A stretch of DNA of 64,000 nt, from sequence record OR699282.2; one strand, 5' to 3'. This document shows positions 19,997 to 30,356 of the stretch, one piece after another (positions within the stretch are counted from its first letter, which is position 1; each line of letters opens with the position of its first letter). The position numbers and the translations under genes are program-made. Below the pieces are notes generated by a model that was not told the DNA's origin, searched no databases, and saw only the letters and a program-made list of their open reading frames with translations.

Positions 19997-20767
19997 ATGA
20001 CCAGAGAAGCACGTAGCATTCAAATCCAGAAAAACTTCAACTCCATGATGGTTGCTCTTGAGTGTTTGCTCGACGATAGCAGTACTGTAAAAAGTATGGT
20101 TGTCAGCGGTGCACCTGGTGTTGGTAAGACTTACACCCTGTCACAACGCCTCCAGAAAGCTCATGACGCAGCAGAATGGAACGTAGCCACTATCAGTGGT
20201 AAGATGACTACTCTTGCTCTGTATGAAGTTCTGTACAAGAATCGTCACAGCACTAATGTATTAGTACTTGATGATATGGATAGCATCTTTGAATCAGAAG
20301 ATGGTATGAACCTACTTAAAGCTGTTTTGGATAGTGGTAAGCGTACTGTATCTTATATGACTAGCTCTAAGTACTTGAGCACTAACGGCATTCCTAATAG
20401 CTTTGATTTTAATGGTCGCATCGTATTCATTACTAACAAAGATTTAGCGTTAGATGCTAAAGCTAAAACTAAAATGTCTGCTCATTATGCTGCTCTTATG
20501 TCTCGTTCTGTGTACGTGGATTTACAGATTCAGACTAAAAGTGATATCATGATTCATATTGAAAATGTAATGACTAAGACTAATATTCTTGCATCTAAAG
20601 GTGTTAACAGTAACGGCAGTAAAGCAATTCTGAACTGGATGTTAAAACATGAAGATAATCTTCGTGCACCATCCCTGCGTATGCCTTTGTTGATTTCAGC
20701 AGTATATAACAACAATCCGTATGATTGGGAAGAACAATGTGAAAACTTGTTCCTTGAGAAAATCTAA
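19997..20767 (+). CDS. AAA-family P-loop ATPase
   Basis: Walker A GAPGVGKT; Walker B VLVLDDMD; FITN sensor. Confidence 0.85.
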   Translation: MTREARSIQIQKNFNSMMVALECLLDDSSTVKSMVVSGAPGVGKTYTLSQRLQKAHDAAEWNVATISGKMTTLALYEVLYKNRHSTNVLVLDDMDSIFESEDGMNLLKAVLDSGKRTVSYMTSSKYLSTNGIPNSFDFNGRIVFITNKDLALDAKAKTKMSAHYAALMSRSVYVDLQIQTKSDIMIHIENVMTKTNILASKGVNSNGSKAILNWMLKHEDNLRAPSLRMPLLISAVYNNNPYDWEEQCENLFLEKI

Positions 20768-20776
20768 TTACATATG

Positions 20777-20805
20777 TTGACAGTACTACCATCGTGTAGT
20801 ACTAT
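20777..20805 (+). promoter_or_regulatory. sigma70 promoter with inverted repeat across the spacer
   Basis: TTGACA-17-TACTAT; AGTACTAC..GTAGTACT. Confidence 0.7.
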
Positions 20806-20834
20806 AACTTAATATTCACCACCGGAGATACGAT

Positions 20835-21176
20835 ATGCTTGAGTTTTTTAATTCAGATACAATGCTTGGTATCACGCTAATTTACATGTTTGTATTTTTG
20901 TGTTATCATTCAATTGTAATTAGTCTGTGGTATTTTAAAAGGAAAATTGTTTTTAAATTGTATTCGGATGATAATGTAGTCTTAGTTTTATATAGTATTA
21001 TCCAAGGTGGGTTTATTTTATTTGGTGTGATGACATATGCGATTTACATGTTACAAATTGATAATACACCACACATTACACAATATCTTGTGTTTTCAGG
21101 TCTAATCGTGTGGTTGTTGGTGTGTAGCATGTACTTTATTATTAAAGCTCGTGATAGAATTAAAGGGGATTTCTAA
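20835..21176 (+). CDS. 3-TM membrane protein, tandem array member 1
   Basis: hydrophobic; ends RDRIKGDF. Confidence 0.8.
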   Translation: MLEFFNSDTMLGITLIYMFVFLCYHSIVISLWYFKRKIVFKLYSDDNVVLVLYSIIQGGFILFGVMTYAIYMLQIDNTPHITQYLVFSGLIVWLLVCSMYFIIKARDRIKGDF

Positions 21177-21514
21177 TGTTAACATTCTTTAAGTCAGATA
21201 CAATGCTTAGTATTACTTTGATTTATCTGTTTGGTTTTTTCTTTTATCATGCACTAGTTGTAGTACTATGGTATTTTAAAAAGAAAATTGTTTTTAAACT
21301 GTATCCAGTGAGGAATTCATCACTAGTTCTTTACACACTTGTTCAAGGTTTGTTTGCAATTGTTGGTCTTATGGCACACTTAATTTATTGTGCTAATCCT
21401 CACTTGAACTCAATCTCACAATATATTGTATTCTTTGGGTTGTTCATTTGGTTAGTTGTATACTTAATCCATCTCATTATTCATGGTAGAGATAAAATTC
21501 GCGGAGACTTCTAA
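21176..21514 (+). CDS. 3-TM membrane protein, member 2
   Basis: close paralog of 20835; ends RDKIRGDF. Confidence 0.8.
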   Translation: MLTFFKSDTMLSITLIYLFGFFFYHALVVVLWYFKKKIVFKLYPVRNSSLVLYTLVQGLFAIVGLMAHLIYCANPHLNSISQYIVFFGLFIWLVVYLIHLIIHGRDKIRGDF

Positions 21515-21861
21515 TGTTTGAAGCTTATCTTGAGTTTTTAAGGAGTAGTCCAGTTGCACATTCAATTGCAGGGATTATTCTAACAGGTTATGTAACATTT
21601 TGGGTAGTTATGTTTCTAGGATGGTATTTTAAACGACAATTCTATAAGCGTAATGGTGAAGATTTTATGAATTCTTTCATTAATCAATCGTTGTTTGCAT
21701 CAACATTGATTGCATGTATTGTGGCTGTTCTAGCCGGAAAAGCACTACCTGCTTTTTCAGTCGTTTATGGAACAATTGGTATGATATGTGTAGTTTTTCA
21801 CTTGATCATTAAACTTTGTTGTGTTATGATTGACCTTCGAAACAAGATACCGGAGGAATGA
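21514..21861 (+). CDS. 3-TM membrane protein, member 3
   Basis: ends RNKIPEE. Confidence 0.8.
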   Translation: MFEAYLEFLRSSPVAHSIAGIILTGYVTFWVVMFLGWYFKRQFYKRNGEDFMNSFINQSLFASTLIACIVAVLAGKALPAFSVVYGTIGMICVVFHLIIKLCCVMIDLRNKIPEE

Positions 21862-22196
21862 TGGAATATTTTTTACACTTACTGCCGTGGTATATGAAAG
21901 TTAGTACCATGTACTATATTATTAGTGCTGGATTCTACTTTCTGATGTGGTTCTTTAAACGACCAATTTCAGTATTCATCGCTGATAACATGCTGCAATT
22001 AAAATTACACGCATGGTTTGGTATGGCGATGATTATGCCTATTATTCACTACTCAATGATTAGTAGAGGTTTCCGTTCTAATGGTGAACCAATTGTATTA
22101 GTATTCTATTGGGGTTCAACTATTGCATATGTAAGTTTGTTGTTGTTCCCAGTCGTTCATAAGTTACGTGCTAAAGTTCCTGATGCGAGGTACTAA
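21858..22196 (+). CDS. 3-TM membrane protein, member 4
   Basis: ends RAKVPDARY. Confidence 0.8.
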   Translation: MMEYFLHLLPWYMKVSTMYYIISAGFYFLMWFFKRPISVFIADNMLQLKLHAWFGMAMIMPIIHYSMISRGFRSNGEPIVLVFYWGSTIAYVSLLLFPVVHKLRAKVPDARY

Positions 22197-22510
22197 TGGA
22201 TATAGTAACATTGATTTACACGTTGTATTCATTCTATTTCATTATGTGTTGGGTTGGATTTTTATTTGTACTCAAGATGTTTGATTATGTTGAAAAACAG
22301 ATAAAAGAATTTTGTATTCCTTTTATCGGTTCAACCATTATTAGTGTTTCTTGTGTGTATTTTTTGGTTTTTGATCCACCAGATAACACTGCAATGATTG
22401 ACTTGATGTTACTACCAACAACTGTTACTTTTTTATGTAGTCTAATGCCGCCGATTAGCCGTGGACTAACAGAATTTAGACGCAATCAAAAGCGTAAACG
22501 AGGGATGTAA
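22196..22510 (+). CDS. 3-TM membrane protein, member 5
   Basis: basic tail RRNQKRKRGM. Confidence 0.8.
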   Translation: MDIVTLIYTLYSFYFIMCWVGFLFVLKMFDYVEKQIKEFCIPFIGSTIISVSCVYFLVFDPPDNTAMIDLMLLPTTVTFLCSLMPPISRGLTEFRRNQKRKRGM

Positions 22511-22878
22511 TGGAAATTGCTCTTATTATCTTAACTGCTATGCTGTTTATTAGTACTGTGGTTATAATTGGTAAATTCTTTTGTGTATCATTTTTAGAAA
22601 CGGTATACGATGAAATTGCTGATGATTATGAATTACAAGCCGGATTTTTCATTACGTATTGGCTTAGTTTATTTTGTCTAGTCATTGCTTGGATTTTACA
22701 TATCTTTAAATGGGGTATGGTAGACGGTGATCCTATTATGGCAATTATTGTTCTAGTGTTTGGTATCCTTGGTGGTGCAGTGCATAATCTAATGGTTATC
22801 TGGCAAACTGTTCAATATGTTTTGGTTCCCTATTTCGAAAAGATGCACAGTACAATTAAAAAACGTAAACGAGGTTAG
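22510..22878 (+). CDS. 3-TM membrane protein, member 6
   Basis: basic tail KKRKRG. Confidence 0.8.
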   Translation: MEIALIILTAMLFISTVVIIGKFFCVSFLETVYDEIADDYELQAGFFITYWLSLFCLVIAWILHIFKWGMVDGDPIMAIIVLVFGILGGAVHNLMVIWQTVQYVLVPYFEKMHSTIKKRKRG

Positions 22879-22879
22879 T

Positions 22880-23242
22880 ATGAACGGGATAGAATTATCT
22901 TTCGTTGGTCAATTACTAGTAATGGCGTATACATTTATCTTCTCACTGAATGCATTCGTGTGCATTGGGAAGTACTTCCATAAGCGACCATTATCAAATA
23001 TATATGATGTAATCCAAAAGAGATATAGTCCAGCATATACTGTGTTGGGTACAGTATTCAATTTTGGTTTTATTGTATTAATAATTGGACTGTTCACATC
23101 CTCTTTGAATACAATAACCTTCGGTCTTATGATATGTTCATTGGTATTAGCCGTAATTATATGTTGTTTAGTACTGCACCTTGTGGTACTATTGTATATA
23201 AAGATCTCTGAAATCCACCAACGTTTGGGTATGAGGAAATAA
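22880..23242 (+). CDS. 3-TM membrane protein, member 7
   Basis: GAGG RBS before ATG 22880. Confidence 0.8.
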   Translation: MNGIELSFVGQLLVMAYTFIFSLNAFVCIGKYFHKRPLSNIYDVIQKRYSPAYTVLGTVFNFGFIVLIIGLFTSSLNTITFGLMICSLVLAVIICCLVLHLVVLLYIKISEIHQRLGMRK

Positions 23243-23243
23243 T

Positions 23244-23615
23244 ATGAGTTACCGTGAGATATTTTCCATTATTTCAATTATTATGTTCAGTACTGGAACA
23301 CTGGTATGGTTATTATACTTCTTCTGTATTAATCCAGTGTATAATATGTTATGTAATATTAAATCAAGTGCCGGATATATCACTTTTATGGTCTTTATGG
23401 GATATTATTGTCTAAGCATTTTAGGTGTTGTTTTGGTTGTTATATTTGATGTGGGACCAAATAGTGATGGTATGGAAATACATGAATTAATAACCATGTT
23501 TGGATGTATGATACCAACAGCACTACTGTTTGTAGCTACTGGTAGTGGATTGATAAAATTATATAATTATTTAAAATCCATTCATAATTCCATTCATAAT
23601 AAGCGTATGTCATAA
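23244..23615 (+). CDS. 3-TM membrane protein, member 8
   Basis: GAGG RBS; hydrophobic. Confidence 0.8.
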   Translation: MSYREIFSIISIIMFSTGTLVWLLYFFCINPVYNMLCNIKSSAGYITFMVFMGYYCLSILGVVLVVIFDVGPNSDGMEIHELITMFGCMIPTALLFVATGSGLIKLYNYLKSIHNSIHNKRMS

Positions 23616-23656
23616 TAAAAATCCAGTACTTGATAGTACTGGATTAATAAGGAGTT

Positions 23657-24319
23657 ATGATGAAAACAAAATTAGGTTTGTTTTATAAAAATTATTTCGT
23701 TAAACAGCGTAAATTTATAAAAAAATATTTCTCTGGTGAGAAGTCTAGTCCTATAATTTTTAAAAGACCAAGTTATAATACTTACTTAGCTGGTGCTAAA
23801 CAGTCTAAGAAATTTATTACTCTTTTAAATAAAAACAAAATTAAAGCTTCTTATGTTGAAACGAGAAGAAACTCATCAATAACTCCTGGTGATTTTATTG
23901 AGTACGGATGTTTCAATATTAAGTATAATGATAATACATACTTTATGGATATTGATTGTAATACATCCAATCTTTTTAACATTGTAGTAAATCCATTAAA
24001 ACAATATAATGTTTATGGTGATTCTATTATCAAATTAATCAAAAACAAAGATGGCTTTGATTTTGAAATAAATGTTTTAGATGATAATTTTGACGAAGTA
24101 CCCGTAAACCCTGAAATCTGTGATATTTTAAACAGTTTAAAAGGTAGTACCTACAATATATCATCTGATTTAATGTTTCAGTACTCCTTAATCCATAAAG
24201 ATATTGAAAAGTATATTGAATGTTCCAGAATTTTGAATTTTCTCTATGATGAATTTAAAAAGAGTTCTAAAATAACTGCATACACTTTGTACAATATTCC
24301 TAAAATGGTGAATCTTTGA
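23657..24319 (+). CDS. hypothetical protein, EE.F(Q/M).S(L/I) paralog family
   Basis: AAGGAG RBS; DLMFQYSLI. Confidence 0.8.
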   Translation: MMKTKLGLFYKNYFVKQRKFIKKYFSGEKSSPIIFKRPSYNTYLAGAKQSKKFITLLNKNKIKASYVETRRNSSITPGDFIEYGCFNIKYNDNTYFMDIDCNTSNLFNIVVNPLKQYNVYGDSIIKLIKNKDGFDFEINVLDDNFDEVPVNPEICDILNSLKGSTYNISSDLMFQYSLIHKDIEKYIECSRILNFLYDEFKKSSKITAYTLYNIPKMVNL

Positions 24320-25452
24320 CAAATACAGTACTGGCAACTCCACCGTCTGTTGTATTTTGTCCAGTACTGTAAATTTGTATACCATCGGTTAAGTAAGTTC
24401 TGTATAAAGTTGCTGTAACATATACGTTATTCATATTCATCTCTATTGGTAGTACACATTTGGTATAGGCCGACACATCTGTTTGTGTACCTATACCCAA
24501 TTGACCTGCGTTATCGCCTGTGTTATAACCAGTTGCGTAAACACCTAATGAAGTTATAATATGATTAGAAAAATATGAATAACCCACACTGCTTCTTATT
24601 ATATCACCTGGTGCTTGTGTTGTTTGTCTTAACGAAATATATGTTTGTGATGTAGAACCATTTGCTAACTGACCAAAGTATTGTCCACCACCATGATATG
24701 CAAATAATTTATTAGTACTATTATTACTTGCTATAGCAAAAGCGAAGTAACTTGAGTTTGTTGTATAATCTTTCACCGTATAGGTATTAGTTATTTGAGA
24801 ACATAACGTGTACTTTGAATATAACGTCATGTCGGTTGTACCTACGCCTGATATTGCACCAGTATAATACAATCTCCCATCGGTTCCAATAAATCCTTGC
24901 ATAAGAAAATTTGCCAGTATTTTGGATGGTGTTACTCCAGTAGGTACTGTTCCTTGTACAAATGATGAAAGTGAATCGGTACTTCTACCATTTCCCAGTT
25001 GTCCATAACTACCATAACCCGTATTCCATATCGTGTTGTCTGTACATAATACGCTTAATGCACCTGCACTAACTGCAATTTGTTTTATTGTTTTTCCAAG
25101 TGCTGTTATTCTATCAAACACTATCTTTGCAGAAGCCCACGTTGTTGACTTATCAGTTGATAAACCGAATGATGCACCATTTCCAGCATACCACATCGTA
25201 TTATCTTTCTTTTTAATTAATGTTGACTCATACCCGAACCCATAGATCTTCTACGTTTGTATTGCACAAAACCCATTTGGTTTGTGTTATAATATTACCT
25301 ATACCCATTTGCCCAAACTCTTGAGAGCCTCTACTGTACAACGTACCATCTGACATAAGGGCAAAAACTGTTGTATCAGATGAAGCTATTTTTGTTACAG
25401 AAGGTTGTATGTTCTTTTTTGATGATGTGATAATTCTTCCAAAGGGTAGCAT
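24300..25452 (-). pseudogene. RCC1/BLIP-II-like repeat protein split by +1 frameshift near 25236
   Basis: MLPFGR start at 25452; EDLWV-RV-stop; +1 frame GYESTLIKKKDNTMW joins ORF 24300..25196 with GYGSYGQLGNG repeats. Confidence 0.75.
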
Positions 25453-25525
25453 TGTATCCTCCAAATGTAAATCGTTATTATATTTAGGACAAAAAAAATG
25501 CCAGTACAAGGCACTGGCATAAAAT

Positions 25526-26695
25526 CTAAGCAGAAGGCATATCCTTCATTTTAATAAATGAAAATTGTGTACCAGTATTTGTGGTTTGATCAGTAAAATA
25601 TGAATTACTACCAGCCCAGTACAATTCATTATTAACTATACAATATATAACAGAACTCGAACTCTGTGAATACACACGACTTATATTTGATGGTTCCACT
25701 CCAGTACTGAACTGAACCGAACCCAACTGTGAACTTGGTATCACATCAGTTGGTCTACCTAAACCATTAACACCAGCCCCACCACCACATGTATATACCC
25801 CAGTACTATCAGTTGATATATTAACATAACCATTTCCGGCATTTTCAAATAGTATTTCACTGGGAACAACACCAAATCCTGTAAGATCTATTTTCCTGAA
25901 TGTAGTGTAAACAGTAGAACCACCAACACCTCTTCCACCATAATCATTAGAACCAGCCATATAGATACTATATCCAGAACTTCCTAAACATAATAACTGT
26001 ACGTTGTCATATAATATTTGCATAGATATAACGTTATCAGGAATACTCAATACCGTAAAAGTAGTTAAAGAAGAACTTCCAATATTACTACCAACCGATG
26101 TTCCACATCTGTAGTACTTACCGCCTTTTATATAATGGAACGATGAACCGCCTAACTTATGTGCTCCTATTGCACTTACCTCAGTATCTATAAGAATGGG
26201 AGATACAACTTTGTTATTAACACCTAACTCAGATCTACTGTTCATACCGAACCCATATAAACGACCATCTAACATCAATATTAGTGTACTACCGGAAGTA
26301 CCCGCTGACGTAAATTCTATATTCTTTATTTGCGACACGTCAATACCTACAAATAATGAAGTTACTTCAGTCCAGTTAACATATGAACCACTAGCCCCAA
26401 AATATCCACCCATGTATAGACCTGCACAATATAATTTATTATCAACAGTCTTTATTAATGTACCGGATACACACGCCCAAAAATCATCAACTTCATAGGG
26501 TACATGTACCCAACCACCTAATACATCACTAGCATCCCCTGTACCTAATTTATAGTTCGAACCAGAACCACGCATGTACATATTCCCTGTACTATAAAGT
26601 AATCCGACATGTAATTGACTACCATCCAATTTCTTTATTTCAGGAAGAGTTGGTTTAATATTTCCGTACTTTAACATTCTTCCAAAAGGTAACAT
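25526..26695 (-). CDS. RCC1/BLIP-II-like beta-propeller protein, cassette array
   Basis: MLPFGRMLKYGN; G.N...LG repeats. Confidence 0.8.
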   Translation of the reverse strand: MLPFGRMLKYGNIKPTLPEIKKLDGSQLHVGLLYSTGNMYMRGSGSNYKLGTGDASDVLGGWVHVPYEVDDFWACVSGTLIKTVDNKLYCAGLYMGGYFGASGSYVNWTEVTSLFVGIDVSQIKNIEFTSAGTSGSTLILMLDGRLYGFGMNSRSELGVNNKVVSPILIDTEVSAIGAHKLGGSSFHYIKGGKYYRCGTSVGSNIGSSSLTTFTVLSIPDNVISMQILYDNVQLLCLGSSGYSIYMAGSNDYGGRGVGGSTVYTTFRKIDLTGFGVVPSEILFENAGNGYVNISTDSTGVYTCGGGAGVNGLGRPTDVIPSSQLGSVQFSTGVEPSNISRVYSQSSSSVIYCIVNNELYWAGSNSYFTDQTTNTGTQFSFIKMKDMPSA

Positions 26696-26705
26696 AATTT
26701 TCTCC

Positions 26706-27885
26706 TTAAATTTGTGGCAATTGGTATTCAGTTAAAGTCCATGTACCAACAACTGTCCCTACGGGAGACATACCAGTGTAGTATAATTTCCCATTCACAT
26801 ATGCAAATAATGCATTGTCATTCGCAGCAACCAACGATGTTGACGGATCATAAACTACAGAATTTGGAAATTGTGCTTGGACGAAAATTGAAGCATTATT
26901 AGATGAATTGTTACCAAGCTGTCCATAATTATTATACCCTGTTCCAAAAATACGACTTCCATTTCTATATAATAATCCCCTAGGATTTTGTGAATATGTT
27001 TGTATAAATTCAAAATCGGAAACATTAGTTAATTGTAAATAAGTACTTTGTGGCGTTAAAGATATCTTATTAGTATTAGATAGAACACCATTTCCTAATT
27101 GTCCGTGAATTTTGTGACCCTACACCATATAGCGGATAAGTATTATCTACATTAAGAACTATACCCAACATATTGTTATATGAAATTATATCAACGGGGT
27201 ACTGGCCTGTAGGAAAACTATACTTTGTCCAACTCGTCAAAGTATCAGTAGCAGAACCAGTTAACAATGTACCAGTACTAGTTTTACCACATCTCCATGC
27301 TGAATTATCATTTTTAATTATCCAAGTTGGACTATTGAAAAATGAACTAACCTTTTTAACATTAATATTAACCTGTGTAAATGATGTAAGTGTAGATGAA
27401 CTACTACCCAACTCATAGGTTGAATTATCACCTATTGCGTAAAGAACACTATCATTTGTTAGTAAAAACATATTACGAACATTTGGATATATCTCCTTGA
27501 TATTATCCACATTAAAACCTGAAAAATAAGACGTACAATCAACAAATGTAGTACTTTGAACTGCACTAGATGTACCAGTCCAAAGGTTCCAACCTGCATA
27601 ATAAAATTTATTATCATTGGTCTGAACTAAGCTATATGAAGCATTCCTTGTGCACCAAAAATTTTTCACATTTTGCATTAAGCGAACCCATTTGGTCTGT
27701 GTCGTTGTATTTCCAAGACCGAATATACCAGCATTGTTACCGCCAATACCCCACAAATCACCGTTCTTATACAGAATCATCAATGTGTTGTTGGTAAAAG
27801 CCGATGGTGCTTGCATTTTAATTACACTAGATTCATATATAGGTGCAATATTCCCGTAATTAACCATTCTTGCAAAAGGTAACAT
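26706..27885 (-). pseudogene. RCC1/BLIP-II-like protein split by +1 frameshift near 27105
   Basis: GSQNS-RTIRKWCSI-stop; +1 frame gives GQLGNG..GYNNYGQLGN..LPQI-stop at 26706; repaired length 392 aa like its neighbours. Confidence 0.8.
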
Positions 27886-27896
27886 ATATTTCCCTC

Positions 27897-29072
27897 CTAT
27901 TCTGGTAAAATCATTTTCTTCATTTTAACTTGTTGTGTACCTGAACTCTGTTCCTGGAACATAGAACCACTACCACACCAGTACACCTCATTTGCCCCCA
28001 CTAATGCGTATAACACACCGGAACCACCTTGTACTGAAAATGCATTAACATCTGGTGCAATATCCATATCCTCATATTGTACTTCGTGATAATACGATCT
28101 TTCAGCAGCACTCGTTACAGGCCACCCAAGAGGAACTCCACCACCACATGTATAAAGTTTACCATTTTGTGTCATTGCCATTATAAAATAGTTCAAACTT
28201 CTATTATTCATCGAGGCAGCATCTGGTACAATCCCACTAATTGCAGGAGTATCACTAAATGGACTCATAATAAAACTAGTACTGCTATTACCAATACCTA
28301 AACAATAATCAGTATTCGTCCCGGCATTATATACTACAATATTACCACCAGATGATGTTAGTACTGAAGTTGTCGTTGAAGTACATGAAATACCGATAAC
28401 ACTTCCAGATATATCTGTACTTACAGTAAATTTACTAAGACTAGAAGCAGCAGTCCCCAAGTTTCTGTTAGCGTTATTACCACATCTGTAGTACTGGTTA
28501 TTTTTTGAATAGTGGAATGATCCAGCACCAGAAGCACTAGCTACTATAGTAACATCAGAATCAATCTTAATCGGTGTCGATACTGTACCAGTAACACCTA
28601 ATTGACCACCACCATTACGACCTATACCATATAAATCACCGTTGCTTAACAAAATTAATATAGCACCGTTACTATCCGTAGTTTCTGTAGCAGCTATATC
28701 AATCACCGTACTAAGTGATGGTATGGTACTTAATATAGATGTAATATTAGTCCACCCGGGAACTGGTGATACAGATACACCGACATAATTCATTTGACCA
28801 GCTAAGTAAAATTCTCCGTCAGTCGTAAGTATAATTGTTGCTGCCAAGAAACACCAAACATTAGAAACTTTATATGGACACTGTACCCACCCATTTTGCA
28901 CAAACGCAGTGCTATCATTTCCTAGCATATAGTTTGCACCTCTTCCACGTAGATATAAGTTGCCACTATCGAATAACATACCAACGTGACTAATGGAAGT
29001 ACTAATCTTTCGCACTACACTGGGAGCAGGTGCAATATTCCCGTACTTAACCATTCTTGCAAAAGGTAACAT
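27897..29072 (-). CDS. RCC1/BLIP-II-like protein, cassette array
   Basis: true start MLPFARMVKYGN at 29072 after GGAGG; GRNGGGQLG. Confidence 0.85.
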   Translation of the reverse strand: MLPFARMVKYGNIAPAPSVVRKISTSISHVGMLFDSGNLYLRGRGANYMLGNDSTAFVQNGWVQCPYKVSNVWCFLAATIILTTDGEFYLAGQMNYVGVSVSPVPGWTNITSILSTIPSLSTVIDIAATETTDSNGAILILLSNGDLYGIGRNGGGQLGVTGTVSTPIKIDSDVTIVASASGAGSFHYSKNNQYYRCGNNANRNLGTAASSLSKFTVSTDISGSVIGISCTSTTTSVLTSSGGNIVVYNAGTNTDYCLGIGNSSTSFIMSPFSDTPAISGIVPDAASMNNRSLNYFIMAMTQNGKLYTCGGGVPLGWPVTSAAERSYYHEVQYEDMDIAPDVNAFSVQGGSGVLYALVGANEVYWCGSGSMFQEQSSGTQQVKMKKMILPE

Positions 29073-29140
29073 ATTCCCTCCTTTATTCATTATACTATAT
29101 TTAATACAAATAAGAAAGCCAGTACAAAGTACTGGCATAA
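29040..29140 (-). repeat. ~110-bp terminator-late promoter-RBS-start cassette repeated before array genes
   Basis: minus strand GCCAGTAC-loop-GTACTGGC TTTCTTATTTG TATTAAATATAGTATAATG AATAAAGGAGG..ATGTTACCTTTTG; copies near 30285, 31094, 32357, 33568, 35959; variants 25452, 37140. Confidence 0.9.
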
Positions 29141-29142
29141 TT

Positions 29143-30285
29143 TCAATAAACATCCCAAGGTAATGGTGTCTTCCTAAATCCATACCTGGTTGTGCTCGCA
29201 CCATCGCCAGCAATGTATCGACCGATGCCACATTGGTATAACTCTGTACTACTACATATAGCACCACCAATAGTACCACTACCCCACTGAATTATATTAG
29301 AATATGTTATTGGTAAATCACTACATTTAGTATATACACCAACGGTAGCAGAACCACTAATACCACCAAACATGCTTCGGTTAGCACCAGTGTAATATAT
29401 ACCATCTGGACTCATAAATGCAGAGGTGTACGTTGTACTACAATCCACTGGACTTCTTATAGTATTAAGATCGCCAGGGTATGTTCTAGCAGCATATACG
29501 TAAACATTACCATCAGTAGTAATACCATTACCCAACTGACCACTGTTCTGACCACCACACGTAACTAACGATGCAGAACCAGAAACAATTGCAGTAGCAT
29601 TATACGAAGTACCCATTGCAATAGAAGCACCAGACAATAGTTTTGGTGTAACGATAGCTGTTGTATTACCCTGTCCTAATTCACCATTTGTGTTACGTCC
29701 CCATGCGTATATAGAAGTCGTATCCAATCGACATAGTACTGAACCATAACTAAACGTATATCGCATGTCATTTACAGCAGAAGGCAAATTAACCTTAGTT
29801 GCAACACTAATAACACCACCAGTAACACCACTGTTTGCGTTCATGTTACGACCATATGCATATAAAGAACCATCTGAAGTTTTAATATGCATCATACCAT
29901 CTGTGCAATATAATGCATCGATGCTATCCACCGCAACCGGACCCATACTGGCAGTTATATCGGTCCACCCAAGAGTAGTAGTGCTAGAAATTAAGTTATT
30001 TCCTGCGTAAAGGATTCTATTATTATTAGTAACTACCACTGTATATCTAGCAGTAACTCCAATTAATCGAACATCAGTATATATCTTAGACCACGCACCT
30101 AGTGAATTGGTATTTGCATCCAAAAAGCCTAACTGCCCATCTGTATTGTATCCAATACCCCATACATCACCTGCACTGTCCAATAACACTTCATGTGAAA
30201 AGCCAATCTTAAAATCTTTTATTGTAGGAACTACTGGAACTGGTGCTATATTCCCGTACTTAACCATTCTTGCAAAAGGTAACAT
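29143..30285 (-). CDS. RCC1/BLIP-II-like protein, cassette array
   Basis: start 30285; GYNTDGQLG, GRNTNGELG, GQNSGQLG. Confidence 0.85.
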   Translation of the reverse strand: MLPFARMVKYGNIAPVPVVPTIKDFKIGFSHEVLLDSAGDVWGIGYNTDGQLGFLDANTNSLGAWSKIYTDVRLIGVTARYTVVVTNNNRILYAGNNLISSTTTLGWTDITASMGPVAVDSIDALYCTDGMMHIKTSDGSLYAYGRNMNANSGVTGGVISVATKVNLPSAVNDMRYTFSYGSVLCRLDTTSIYAWGRNTNGELGQGNTTAIVTPKLLSGASIAMGTSYNATAIVSGSASLVTCGGQNSGQLGNGITTDGNVYVYAARTYPGDLNTIRSPVDCSTTYTSAFMSPDGIYYTGANRSMFGGISGSATVGVYTKCSDLPITYSNIIQWGSGTIGGAICSSTELYQCGIGRYIAGDGASTTRYGFRKTPLPWDVY

Positions 30286-30356
30286 AATTCCCTCCTTATT
30301 CATTATACTATATTTAATAAAAATAAGAAAGCCAGTATCAAGTACTGGCCTATATT

